Assembly: GCA_964016885.1 (NCBI GenBank)
Contig: OZ024741.1
Coordinates: 160,642,001 to 160,706,000 of the forward strand
Direction of reading: 5' to 3'
From: Eledone cirrhosa
Taxonomy: Eukaryota
Length of the DNA: 64,000 nt
Shown: one piece after another, positions 1-12,135 of the stretch
Position numbering within the stretch: position 1 is the stretch's first letter
Layout: each line of letters begins with the position of its first letter
Made by a program: the position numbers and the translations under genes
Notes under the pieces: generated by a model
What the model was told of the DNA's origin: nothing
Databases searched by the model: none
What the model saw: the letters and a program-made list of their open reading frames with translations, nothing else

Positions 1-540
1 CTCTACACATATTCTACACCACCCAACACGTTCCAACACAATTCTACACACCTCTACACTATTCTACACATATTCTACACCACCCAACACGTTCCAACAC
101 AATTCTACACACCTCTACACTACTCTACACAATTCTACACCACCCAACACGTTCCAACACAATTCTACACACCTCTACACTACTCTACACAATTCTACAC
201 CACTCAACACGTTCCAACACAATTCTACACAATTCTACATCACTCAACACGTTCCAACACAATTCTACACACCTCTACACTACTCTACACAATTCTACAC
301 CACTCAACACGTTCCAACACAATTCTACACAATTCTACATCACTCAACACGTTCCAACACAATTCTACACACCTCTACACTACTCTACACAATTCTACAC
401 TGCTCTACACAATTCTACACTTCTCTACACGTTCCAACACAATTCTACACACCTCTACACTACTCTACACCATTCTACACAGCTATACACCACTCTACAT
501 AATCTTACACGATCTCCACATCTCCACATCATTCTATACA
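1..540. repeat. Minisatellite of ~10-bp CTCTACACAA-like monomers arranged in ~50-60-bp higher-order units
   Basis: Recurrent ttctacacac/ctctacacta/gttccaacacaa; decays toward 540. Confidence 0.9.
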
Positions 541-723
541 GTTCAAAGCCGCGTAAGATTCGAGCCCACTCTACTGTCTCCCAAGGACATATTGGATAAT
601 TTAGTTCTAGATATATTATGACTTTCAGCAAACTGGTGGAATGGTCATGTCTGGAACATCTTTCGTCATATATGTTCTTGATCACAGCCATCTCATGATT
701 AAGCAACACCAACATTAATAACA

Positions 724-1150
<427 letters not shown>

Positions 1151-1556
1151 TCTTTATATATATAAAAGCGAGGATGTGTGTATGTCTGTGTACAAATTTG
1201 GATACCTAAGGCTTTTACAATTACCAACCGAATTTGACCAAATTTTCTGTGCACGTTGCACAGATCGCTAAGATGGTCACATCACAAAAAATGTTCATAT
1301 CGACTCACGTTGAGCAATAAAAAATCGATATCAAAATTATCGGTAGCAAAATTGATGTAAGGGAGATAACCAACTTTATTGACAATCCTTACAAAAAAAA
1401 GGCGAAATAACCAACTTTATTGACAATCCTTATAAAGAGAGACCTTCGTTTTCAATTTTAAAACAACAATCATCGTCGGACTAAATTTCAGAAATATAAA
1501 CATCAGATTCATTTGAAGATAAATCACTAATATTATCGTTTGTTTCTTGTTTATTC

Positions 1557-2226
1557 TTTGTTGCACTTTCAAAGTTAAAAAAACACTTGTTGTCTTAACT
1601 TGTTTCACTATATTAAGTGTTAATTTTCGCGATAAGGGCCTAATTTCGCAGCAGTCTCGAATTGACGAGATTTTGATGATGGTTTGTTTATTTTTAGAAC
1701 AATCGTTATGGGACTTTCCATTCAAACCATTGGGACCTACAACTTTTACATTTTTAAAACTTTCATAAGCCATGTTGATACAAAAACAAATTTGTTGCAC
1801 TTTCAAAGTTAAAAAAACACTTGTTGTTTTAACTTGTTTCACTATATTAAGTGTTAATTTTCGCGATAAGGGCCTAATTTCGCAGCAGTCTCGAATTGAC
1901 GAGATTTTGATGATGGTTTGTTTATTTTTAGAACAATCGTTATGGGACTTTCCATTCAAACCATTGGGACCTACAACTTTTACATTTTTAAAACTTTCAT
2001 AAGCCATGTTGATACAAAAACAAATTTGTTGCACTTTCAAAGTTAAAAAAACACTTGTTGTTTTAACTTGTTTCACTATATTAATTGCTAATTTTCGCGT
2101 TAAAGGTCTAATCTCGCAGCAGTCTCGAATTGACGAGATTTTGATGATGGTTTGTTTATTTTTAGAACAATCGTTATGGGACTTTCCATTCAAACCATTG
2201 GGACCTACAGCTTTTACATTTTTAAA
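1557..2226. repeat. 234-bp tandem triplication inside the Helitron
   Basis: Unit starts tttgttgcactttcaaag at 1557, 1791 and 2025. Confidence 0.95.
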
Positions 2227-2303
2227 GTAATTTCATCCACATTTTAGCAGGCATTATCTATGCTTCCAGCTGTATTCGTACATTCAAACTTTTTTGACAA
2301 TGA

Positions 2304-2858
2304 AGGAACATACTGAACAGGATTCTTCCTGGATGTCCACGGATATATAAATCTATTGATACTGATCCACAGGATACGGTCAACTATCAAGTTGAATTTC
2401 TAAATTCTTTAAATCCTCCTGGTTTACCTCCTAATACATTGGTTCTGAAAGAGGGAACGCCAGTTATTTTGCTGAGAAATATCACTCCTCCAAAACTATG
2501 CAATGGTACACGCCTTGTGGTTAAAAAACTGTCTCCACTTAGTATCGACGCTACCATTCTATCCGGATGTGGAAAAGGCGAGGATGTGATAATAACAAAA
2601 ATTAGCCTGACTACATCAGGCGTGGATACTCCCTTCTCCTTTCGCCGAACCCAATTTCCCCTTTGTGTTGCCTTTGCGATGTCCATAAACAAGTCGCAAG
2701 GTCAAACTCTGTCCGTCACTGGAATTCACTTGGATGAACCTTGCTTTTCGCACGGACAATTCTACGTTGCCTGTTCACGAGTTGGCAGTCGAGATAATCT
2801 CTTTGCGTTTGTTCCAAAAAGAAAAACAAAGAATATCGTCTATCCTGAAGTGCTTTAG
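2304..2858 (+). pseudogene. Pif1-family helicase C-terminal fragment (Helitron RepHel)
   Basis: VEFLNSLNPPGLPP..LKEGTPVILLRN..LCNGTRL..QFPL..AFAMSINKSQGQTL..FSHGQFYVACSRV. Confidence 0.92.
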
Positions 2859-3473
2859 TGTTAACAAAAAACTTATTACAGCTCTGCCTTGACTTCACCT
2901 TACTCATTACAAAACATACCAATGAATATGTCATGCAGGATATTTTGGATTATAAGTTCAAAATTTAACCAACAAAGGATGCTCTCAAAGAATAGATTTT
3001 CTCTTATTCTACTCTCATTGTTTTTTTGTTTGTATACAACTCTGCTTTCATTACAACTTTTTGTACTTTAGCAAAACTGCCTGTTTTTTAACAGATTTGC
3101 AACGTGTACTATCTTTAATCATTTGTATAACTACATCCTGTTCAGTGTTTTCCTTCATTATCAACATAGTTTTATGCGTACAAAGCTTGCACTAAATATT
3201 CGTTTGCATTAATTATTGAAGACTTCTGCTTATTTTGACAAGTTGGGGACAAATAATGTTCTTCTTTTACTTCCTAGCATAATTTCAAACCCCGAGCAAC
3301 GCCGGGTAAAGCAGAAGAACTGCGAAACCGGTAAAGGAACCAAATAAATATATATATATTTTTTTTAAATAAGACTCCAGTTGCATTTTCGATTTCATCT
3401 TTTTTCTTTATACTTTCACTCGTGTAGGACACCTCGGTTATTTTTCATTTTGTAAAAAACACCTCACTTTCTA

Positions 3474-3694
<221 letters not shown>

Positions 3695-3708
3695 ACTACA
3701 CACACACA

Positions 3709-3875
3709 TATATATATCATATATGTATATATATATATTCCGTCGAGACAAAAATAAGCTAGAATCTTATAGATTTCTTACTTATATATATGAGCTGATA
3801 AAGCTCATTTTGCAAATGGAGCGGTATCCGGCCTGGCTTAAATTTTAAAAAATAGTCTTGGAGTCCCAACATAAC

Positions 3876-3879
<4 letters not shown>
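3709..3879 (-). repeat. Right arm of the ~175-bp inverted repeat, followed by (AC)n
   Basis: Reverse complement of 974-1150. Confidence 0.9.
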
Positions 3880-3963
<84 letters not shown>

Positions 3964-3977
3964 CACGCACACACACA

Positions 3978-4170
3978 GTGATGGCGTGTGGCTGAGTGGT
4001 TAGAGAATTGGATTCCCAATCGGACCGGGCGATGCCTTATGTCCTTGAGCAAGACACTTTATTTCACGTTGCTCCTTCTACCTGGAGTTGCGACCGATAG
4101 ATAGTATTAGCAATTGGAAAGACCAATGGAAACATTGTTTCCTCGGTCCGATTTGACCAAAGTCGATCGT
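3978..4170 (+). mobile_element. tRNA-derived SINE with CORE-like domain
   Basis: A-box tggctgagtgg, tgtccttgagcaagacacttta; related minus-strand copy at 31720-31940. Confidence 0.75.
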
Positions 4171-4287
4171 TCCTAAAAAATGTGTGTGCGTGTGTGTGTG
4201 TGTAAAAGGTAAACAGAAATAACAACACAATCGGTACAGTATATGGAAGGGATATATTGGGTTAACGCTTGATATAGCAGAAGAGGG

Positions 4288-4323
4288 TCTTAACGTTTAG
4301 GTCGCTAGTCCTTCATCAGAAGA
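4288..4323 (-). ncRNA. Minimal hammerhead-like motif (G12 variant) in a Penelope-type terminal fragment (4205-4330)
   Basis: Minus strand UCUU CUGAUGA AGGAC UAGC GACCU AAA CG UU AAGA; same fragment at 54269-54390 (+). Confidence 0.5.
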
Positions 4324-4564
4324 AAGGATGAGAAATAAGATAAATTGAGGGGACGGGCGGGTTGGAATTGGAAAAAAATGTCTTTAGATAAAAATAACAG
4401 GTCCATTCATGTTGACATATATATATATAAAGTTAACGAGAAATCGTTTAAGGTAATCCAATCTTACGAACAGCGAATTTTAGACACACCGAACTAATGA
4501 AACAATTGTTAATACTTTGAATAAACACTATTGTACAGCCCATCCACGTTATTCTTCACTTATT

Positions 4565-4601
<37 letters not shown>

Positions 4602-4602
<1 letters not shown>

Positions 4603-5014
4603 GAGGGCAATCCCAAAAGTAAGGTCTCCTCTCCTTCCGATATTGCAACTTCCGATATTGCAACTTTTTCGTTAAAATCCTGTGGATGGTGCTTCGGGAA
4701 ACCTCAGGAACCAAAATGCAGAGAGCATCCAGAGTGATCCGCCGATTTTTACGCATGTTTTCCTCGGAAAGAGACCTTACTTTTGGGATTGCCCTCTATA
4801 TAATAACTGCGCGAAGTTCGCACTTGGTGGTAGCGTTCAACGGGAGCTCTATTCTCAACGGCTGCCAAGCCAAGATTGAGCATCCCAGCGAAGCGCGCGC
4901 ATGCTTGTTTGGGAGTGAAGGAAGCACCAATCACAACAGTGTTGCCAATAGCCGTACGAACAGTTTCTCTGCGTCCCCATCGCTTTGGAGACCTTACTTT
5001 TGGGATTACCCTCG
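4602..5014 (-). mobile_element. Tc1/mariner-derived MITE with three TIR copies
   Basis: TA|cgagggcaatcccaaaagtaaggtctcc ... ggagaccttacttttgggattaccctcg|TA; extra TIR at 4771-4796; mariner HTH remnant RRITLDAL..VSRSTIHRILTKKLQYRK on minus. Confidence 0.85.
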
Positions 5015-6008
5015 TATATATATTTATATATATATATTGGTTTCAGTCATTGTCATTAAGTCACCGCCATGCTAGCGCACTGACTTCAAGAGATTTAGTC
5101 GATCACATCGACCCAAGGTATAATTTTTGTTTTTTCAAGACCAGTGATTATTTTATCAATCTTTTTGTAGAACCACTTGATAAATGTAAACATAGCCACA
5201 CACTAACACACAAAGATACTCACAAGACACTGATTAATCCATGCTTCCGTAGAAGACACTTGACGAACGTGCCAGATAGTAGGACTGAACCCGAAACCAC
5301 GTATTTGAGAAACGATCTCGTTAACCATATAGCCATGTCTGCATCTATATATTCACAGATGATTGAACACATTCTTTAATATTTCCGTGAGGAAGGTAAC
5401 AATGAAATGCCTGTGGGATACTAAATACTTATTTAATAGATTGTACTGATCCCCAAAATATTCATCAGTCTTTCGGATACTCGATTAGAGTTAGCCTGTG
5501 ACTAAACAACAACAATGAAATAAATATGTAAATAGATACAACCACTTCTCACTTAAGGCTCCTTTCCAACGATGTGACCGTAAAATATATTTAAATATTG
5601 TTTTGATGTCCGCCGACATATCATATTGTCCATGAGATTATGGAAAGTTATCATGTGTCAGTTTTATTTGTCATTTCAGCCACAAACCCATTAACTGACA
5701 ACCGTAACCCCAACAAAAAGAAGATAGCCAAATACTGGGACTTGACCGATCGCTTCCTTTTCGTGTTCGTCGTCGTCGGCATTTCCGGTATCCTCGGTCC
5801 TCGGATAGCGGTTCTCCTCCTCAGAATCTGGGCGAGTGTATCCCGCTTGAGAAAGGAGCCCCGTGAGATGGGATGACTTATGTAGCGGGTGTCGCCGGCT
5901 GTTCTCTGCAGCAATGCTTTCGCACTCTTGTTCTTGTACGCGGGGCGCAGCTCAAATGTATCTAACCAAGGATATAGAATCTACCCCGTCTACTTTTTTT
6001 CATTATTT

Positions 6009-6011
<3 letters not shown>

Positions 6012-6075
<64 letters not shown>

Positions 6076-6113
6076 ACTCTCACTCTCTCTCTCTCTCTCA
6101 CTCTTTCTCTCTT

Positions 6114-6206
<93 letters not shown>

Positions 6207-6208
6207 CT
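6012..6208. repeat. (CT)n microsatellite
   Basis: Direct sequence. Confidence 0.95.
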
Positions 6209-6612
6209 ACCTATATATATATATATACATGAAAACAGGGAGAAAGAGACGATTATTAGGAAGAAAAATATTTTTTTTTCTTTTTCTGTTTCTCTCTCTC
6301 TCTTTTCTGGGTTAGAAAATGATTAAAACAAAATGTTTTACTTTGTGTGAAGTGTTAAGGTATTAGTTGATTTATTTATTATTTAACAATGGCATTTATT
6401 TATCTATTTATATATTTAATTATTGTCTATTACCGGTTTCTGCATTTATATGCATTATCAAATGATAGTGAAATGTATTAGTGTGGTGTCGCACATGTTA
6501 AAGAGAAGGTGCAGAAAGAATAATGTTATATACAAACAAGGTTTATGAAGTGAAAAGAAAAAAGAAAAAGGAAAAAAAACGTGCATAATGTAGAGCATAA
6601 AAAGTCAATGTG

Positions 6613-6676
<64 letters not shown>

Positions 6677-6688
6677 TAATTTATTTCG

Positions 6689-6739
6689 TTATATATATTT
6701 CAAGGATACTAATCTATAGTATGCTCTCTTCAGATATAA
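6689..6739 (-). ncRNA. Minimal hammerhead ribozyme-like motif
   Basis: Minus strand UUAUAU CUGAAGA GAGCAUACUA-UAGAU-UAGUAUCCUU GAAA UAUAUAUAA; stem I/III register ambiguous. Confidence 0.5.
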
Positions 6740-6810
6740 AATATATATAACGAAATAAATTATGATGTTATAGTGATATATTTTCCATTCATTACTATTA
6801 TTATTATTAT

Positions 6811-7008
6811 TGGATTGTCAGTATCGGTAGAGGGTCGGACGCCATGCTTTGACGCATAGAGTTACTTCCCTTGCCATTCTGAGTTCAAATCCCTCCGAGG
6901 TTAACTTTGCCTTTCATCCTTACGGGGTCGATAAAATAAAGTACCAGTAATGTACTGGGTAATTGCTGGCCTTGTGCCAAAAGTAGAAACAATTATTATT
7001 ATTATTAT
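6811..7008 (+). mobile_element. tRNA-derived SINE (family with gcctttcatccttacggggtcgataaaataaagtacc core) with (ATT)n tail
   Basis: B-box gagttcaaatcc; many copies in the window. Confidence 0.85.
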
Positions 7009-9763
7009 TACAGTTGCATTTATCTTGCTTTATGTTCATACGAGTTATCACCAAGTCACAACCAGTGACCTCAAGAGACAACAAGGTCCGCCATGTTCAA
7101 GAAAGAACATACATACTCACACATGCATCTTTAGTGTTTAGACTTGTGATGTACTTATATTGACAGAAACTTCCTTAGTATATGGGCAGTTCCCATTAGT
7201 ACTATCTTTTGTATTTCTCCTATACGCGGGTTTCCTGGGATTTGCGATAAGTAATCATTAGACCCCTTAGGTATCATTCCCAGAGCGCCTACAACCACTG
7301 GTATTGTTTTAGTTCTCAATTTCCACATTTTTCCAATTTCTATCTCCAGGTCCTTATACTTGCTCAATTTTTTTAATGTTTTTATAGATACATTCTTGTC
7401 TATTGGAACGGACATATCAATTAGCAGGCATACCCTCTTTTTAAAATCCTTCAATATTATATCAGGTCTATTTGCATCTATTTTTCGGTCTGTTTGGATG
7501 CTAAAGTTCCACAAGATTGAGATGTGATCTTTTTCAAGTATGGGAGGTGTTTGATGCTCCCACCAATTCTTTTGATGGGGCAGGTCAAAATGCTTACACA
7601 TTATCCAATGTATGTATTGTGCAGCTCTGTCATGCCTGTTTAGGTATTCGGTTGGAGCTATAGGACTGCACATTGAAATTATATGTTCAATGGTCTCTGG
7701 TTGTTTTTTGCATACACGGCATAATGGGCTGCATCCATTTTTTATTATGTTGGCTTGGTAATTTTTTGTTGGCAGACACTGATCTTGTGCTGATATAATC
7801 AGTCCTTCAGTCTCCGATTTCAGTCCAGAGGATGCCAACCACTGATGGGTTAAAGTTTTGTCAACATCAGGATTGTTAGCTCGTTCTGGGTATTTTCCAT
7901 ACAGAGGCTTTTCTTGCCCTTTCTTAGCCAGTTTCTGTAGCAGTTCTTTCTTTGCAGTTACTTTTACCTGCTGTGCTTTTTCTGTGTTTTCCATTTCAGC
8001 AGTAAATGGGACTTCTGGAATGTGTAGTCCATTACTGTATCTTTGTGCATCTTTTGTAATGGAGTATGAGCTTTTGATGCTTTCGTGTTTCAAAACGAGT
8101 TTGATCATCCAATCATGTGATTCCCTTAGATATGTAGATAATCCAATTGTTGCAGTTTTCAACGCAATGTCTAACTGGATTAACCCACGTCCTCCTTCTT
8201 TCCTAGGGAGATATATTCTATCTGTATCTGCCTTAGGGTGATGCATTCTGTGCATGGTTAAGAATTTTCGAATTTTTGTATCGAGCCTACGGATCTCTGT
8301 GCTTGACCAGTTGATGACATTGTAACTGTAGGTTACTACTGGTATGGCAAGCGTGTTTATGGCATCGATCCTATTCCTTGCATTCAATTCCGTTCTTAAG
8401 ATTGCTCTTACTCTGCGGTAACATTCCTTCCTTATCCTTTCCCTCATTGTCGAGTGCTTGATTCCGTCTCCTTCACAAACACCTAGATATTTGTAAGTTT
8501 TTTCTTGATTAAGTTCTCTTATCACATTCCCCCGATCAAGATTCATGTCTGAACTCTTCGGTAGCTTTCCTCTGGTGAACGTTGCTTTGGCGCATTTATC
8601 TAGTCCAAACTCCATTTTAATGTCATCACTGAACTGCTCCACAGTGGATAATAGCCCTTGCAATTGTTCATCATTTTTTTCAAATAGTTTCAGGTCATCC
8701 ATGTAGAACAAGTGATTAATGGTTTTGTCATAGACTTTATATCCATGTTTTGTTTCATTGAGCATTTTACTTAATGGTATAATTGCGATGCAGAATAAAA
8801 GCGGTGATAAAGAGTCACCCTGAAAAATTCCACAATTAATATTAACTTCTCCAGCTTCCAGTGATTTTGTTTCAATATTCAAAAGGAGTGTCGTTTTCCA
8901 TGTCTTCATACTGAATGACAAAAACCTCCTGACAACGGGGGATATTTTGAAAATCTCTAAACATTTTTCAATCCAAGTGTGTGGCAAACTATCGAATGCT
9001 TTTTTATAATCTATCCAAGCAATTCATAGATTTTTGTGTCTATTATGACAATCTTCCAGTATCATTTTGTTAACCAAAAGCTGATCCTTACAGCCATATG
9101 AGCCTCGTTTACACCCTTTCTGCTCAATGGGAAATAGGTCATTTGTTATCAGGTGGTCATATGTATATTCAGTTAGGACTGATGTTAAAATTTTATACAT
9201 TGTGGTCAAGCAAGTTATCGGTCTGTAATTTTTGGGATTGTTTGTCTCATCATTCTTCGGAAGCAGGAATGTAATGCCGTTAACTAGCCATCATGGTATC
9301 TTTTCTGGCTCCTTAACTATTTCATTGTAAAGTTGGGCTAACAGCTCGTGAGACTCTGCGAAGGCATTTATCCAAAAATTTTGTATTTTGTCTTTTCCTG
9401 GGGATTTCCATTTGCTGGTTTTTCTTAGAGCCAAGCGCAACTGTTCAACTGTTATATTTTCCCATATTTGTTCTTCAAGGTGAGCTGTATCTTTCATTTA
9501 TCTGTTTATCCATGGGGCATGTATGTTATGAACTTTTTCTTCGGCCCAGATCTTTTCCCAGAATTCTTGCACTTCCTCCTTGGGTGGTATTGATTTAGCA
9601 GTTATTGTTGACTTACCAATTTTTCTGTAGAAGTTTCTTTGGTTGTTTTTGAACATATTATTGTCCTTATAGAATCTAGATCGTTTTTTAAAGCGCCTTA
9701 TACGAGCAGCTTTGGCCGACACTTTTTGCTTGATTATTTCTATCAGCATGTCTATGTCACTTT
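7009..9763 (-). mobile_element. 5'-truncated R4/Dong-type non-LTR retrotransposon (RT + CCHC + restriction-like endonuclease), disrupted
   Basis: GIFQGDSLSP, FYMDD, CRVC..ETIEHIISMC, RHD, RPDI..LIDMSVP..KLSKYKDL; in-frame stops split ORFs 9498-9749, 9291-9497, 9024-9209 and 7155-8987; (ATT)n at both ends. Confidence 0.9.
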
Positions 9764-10000
9764 TATTATTATTATTATTATTGAATGCTATGGTTGACGG
9801 AGGCTCGGCTCTGTAAGGTATTGTAAATTTTGAACACTATAACAATTGTAAATTGTTTAAAACTTTAACGAACTTGTAGACAAAAACACCCTCCTCCTCG
9901 TGAGAGGGGTCTTTCTGCCCGTTATTTGGCCCTTCGGGGTTAAATAACTGCTTATTGGGGTTTTGTACCCAATATTTATTTTAAACAAAAAAAAAAAAAC

Positions 10001-12100
10001 ATGGCTACGAAAAAGAAATTTCATAGGTCACTCCCACTCATTCCGTCTTCTTCTTCCTCAATCATCACTACAGCAGAGAGAAGATTGTCTCTCTCCCTCC
10101 CTTCTTTAAATGTGTCTCTCTCCCTCCCTTCTCTTTCGCAAGCGACGAAAGAAAAGAAAAGTCTCGTGCAAAGCGTGCAAGGTTTCTCCACGACGACGAC
10201 GACAGCGACGAAACAGGTGTGCGGGAAATACGAAAACCCAGTTCATTCGTCTGACGTCAGGAATAATAGCAGTAGCAGCCGTAATAACAACAGCAACAGT
10301 GACAATGAAAACAACAGTAGCAGCCGCAACAGCATCACCAGCAGCATAAACAACAACAGCATTAGCAGCAGCAACACCAACAACAACCACAGCAACAGCG
10401 GCGGAGGCAGTAGTCGTAGTACCTGCAGCAACAACAAAAGTAACAGCAGCTCTGACGACAACAACAACAACAGCAGCAAAGAAAAACCAATCTCATTTGC
10501 AGGTATTGCGAAAAACTTGGAAACAATCCTCATAACAAATGAGGAATTAGAGGAAGCGAAGAAGATGGTGACAAAGACTAGACACCGAGCAATCTGCAAG
10601 GCAACGGAAAAATTTTTCGAAACCCAACAGCACTGTACGGTCACGTACCGTACAGTAAGTACAAAATCCCGTAGGGTGGAAAGAGCCACAGAGGCTCAAA
10701 TACAAAAAGCCTTGGGGTCTGTGTGGCAGCGGAAAACGCACATCACCCGAGGCAAAAAATATGCTACCGTAGACGTACTTTTTGCCACACCCCAGGAGGC
10801 AAAGGCCCAATCCGTAGTGACCCTAAGGAGCGAGGAAATGGTGTTGGTGCCCTCCTACTGCGGGCAAAAAATTGTGAGGGTCAAACTGACCCACGTCCCC
10901 CCCGGGATGGCCCCTTCTTGGCTGGCCGCGTCTGTCCTCGTCGGAATCGAGGACAAAACAACTGTACTGCAAGTACAGAATAAAGTAAGAGAAGATTGGG
11001 TCGGCACCTCCATTGAGATGCTAATCCAAACCAACCAGGAGTGCATCGAAGCTATCCCGGATGTGATAGACTTCGATAACGGCACTCAACTGCCCATAAG
11101 TGTTGAGGGAAAACGCCCGAAATGCTTTCGCTGTGCATCGAAGACTCACCTCAGGGCCTTCTGCAACGAGAAGACCCTGAGAAAGGAGAAAACCCCCCTC
11201 CTTCCGAAACCGGCTCCACGGCTACCAGCAACAGGACAAGCGGCAACCAGGAACGATAGGTCCGTGGCACCCATACCCACGCCACGGAAATCAAAAACAG
11301 CAGCAGCAGTGGAAATATTAACAACAACAACAGCAATACCAAATGCAGCTGCAACAGAGACTCCAGTGCAAACATCACCAACAACAAGTGAAAGAGTGGA
11401 GCTGGTACCCCTCCCCGACCTCACAGAATCAGACATGGAGTGTGAGGTGGGAGAGAGATGGCAAAAGGTCGTAAGAAGGCACAAACGCAGAAGCAGCGCA
11501 TCGTCGCCTTTGAAAAGGGAGGAAAGAAATGAGAAATGGGTAAAGTCTACTGCAAAGAGACCCACAGCAGCAACACCACCAACACCATCACCACCCACAC
11601 TAGCACCACCATCACCACCGGCGACAACCCCACCGCCAACAACACCTTCAACACCACCACCACAAGCACCAACATCGCAAACACAACAACAAAACACACA
11701 CACCCAGGAACAACGACAAGAAAATAGCAGAACCACACCCCACCCCCAGAAAAACAAATGCACGGCAATAAATACACACAACAAGAAACTAATGACTTAC
11801 ATAATTGAACACACAGACATTTCACAACACGACTACATAATACCAGCACCAATCAAAACGCCGACTAACATAATACTGCTAAAAATAGCACAGAAACAAT
11901 ACACAAACATTAAAACGAAATTCCCCAACGCAGTTGGGGATTTCAGGGACCTAGGAGGAACTATCAATCGAAGAGTATATTCAGACATTCTCATAGAAGA
12001 GCCGACGACCAGCCGAAGGGACGATTCAACGGTCCCTTCACCAGACGATCAAGTGAAAAGGGATGTAAAAACCATCCCTCCTCTACGAAAAGTACGGTAA
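10001..12100 (+). CDS. Tx1-like ORF1p with CCHC zinc knuckle (copy 1)
   Basis: 699-aa ORF; CFRCASKTHLRAFC; directly upstream of ORF2. Confidence 0.85.
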   Translation: MATKKKFHRSLPLIPSSSSSIITTAERRLSLSLPSLNVSLSLPSLSQATKEKKSLVQSVQGFSTTTTTATKQVCGKYENPVHSSDVRNNSSSSRNNNSNSDNENNSSSRNSITSSINNNSISSSNTNNNHSNSGGGSSRSTCSNNKSNSSSDDNNNNSSKEKPISFAGIAKNLETILITNEELEEAKKMVTKTRHRAICKATEKFFETQQHCTVTYRTVSTKSRRVERATEAQIQKALGSVWQRKTHITRGKKYATVDVLFATPQEAKAQSVVTLRSEEMVLVPSYCGQKIVRVKLTHVPPGMAPSWLAASVLVGIEDKTTVLQVQNKVREDWVGTSIEMLIQTNQECIEAIPDVIDFDNGTQLPISVEGKRPKCFRCASKTHLRAFCNEKTLRKEKTPLLPKPAPRLPATGQAATRNDRSVAPIPTPRKSKTAAAVEILTTTTAIPNAAATETPVQTSPTTSERVELVPLPDLTESDMECEVGERWQKVVRRHKRRSSASSPLKREERNEKWVKSTAKRPTAATPPTPSPPTLAPPSPPATTPPPTTPSTPPPQAPTSQTQQQNTHTQEQRQENSRTTPHPQKNKCTAINTHNKKLMTYIIEHTDISQHDYIIPAPIKTPTNIILLKIAQKQYTNIKTKFPNAVGDFRDLGGTINRRVYSDILIEEPTTSRRDDSTVPSPDDQVKRDVKTIPPLRKVR

Positions 12101-12135
12101 GTGGTCTTTCCCATCTTTTCCACTCTATTTTAAAC

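Larger units (their letters stand above)
1151..3314 (+). mobile_element. Internally deleted Helitron
   Basis: A|TC 5' end (tctttatatatataaaag), Pif1 helicase C-terminal remnant, subterminal GC-rich hairpin-like cccgagcaacgccggg at 3291-3306; terminal CTAG missing. Confidence 0.8.

Noticed and set aside
1-540. CRISPR-like or telomeric array
   Set aside because: No unique spacers and not a TTAGGG-type repeat; a degenerate minisatellite in eukaryotic DNA
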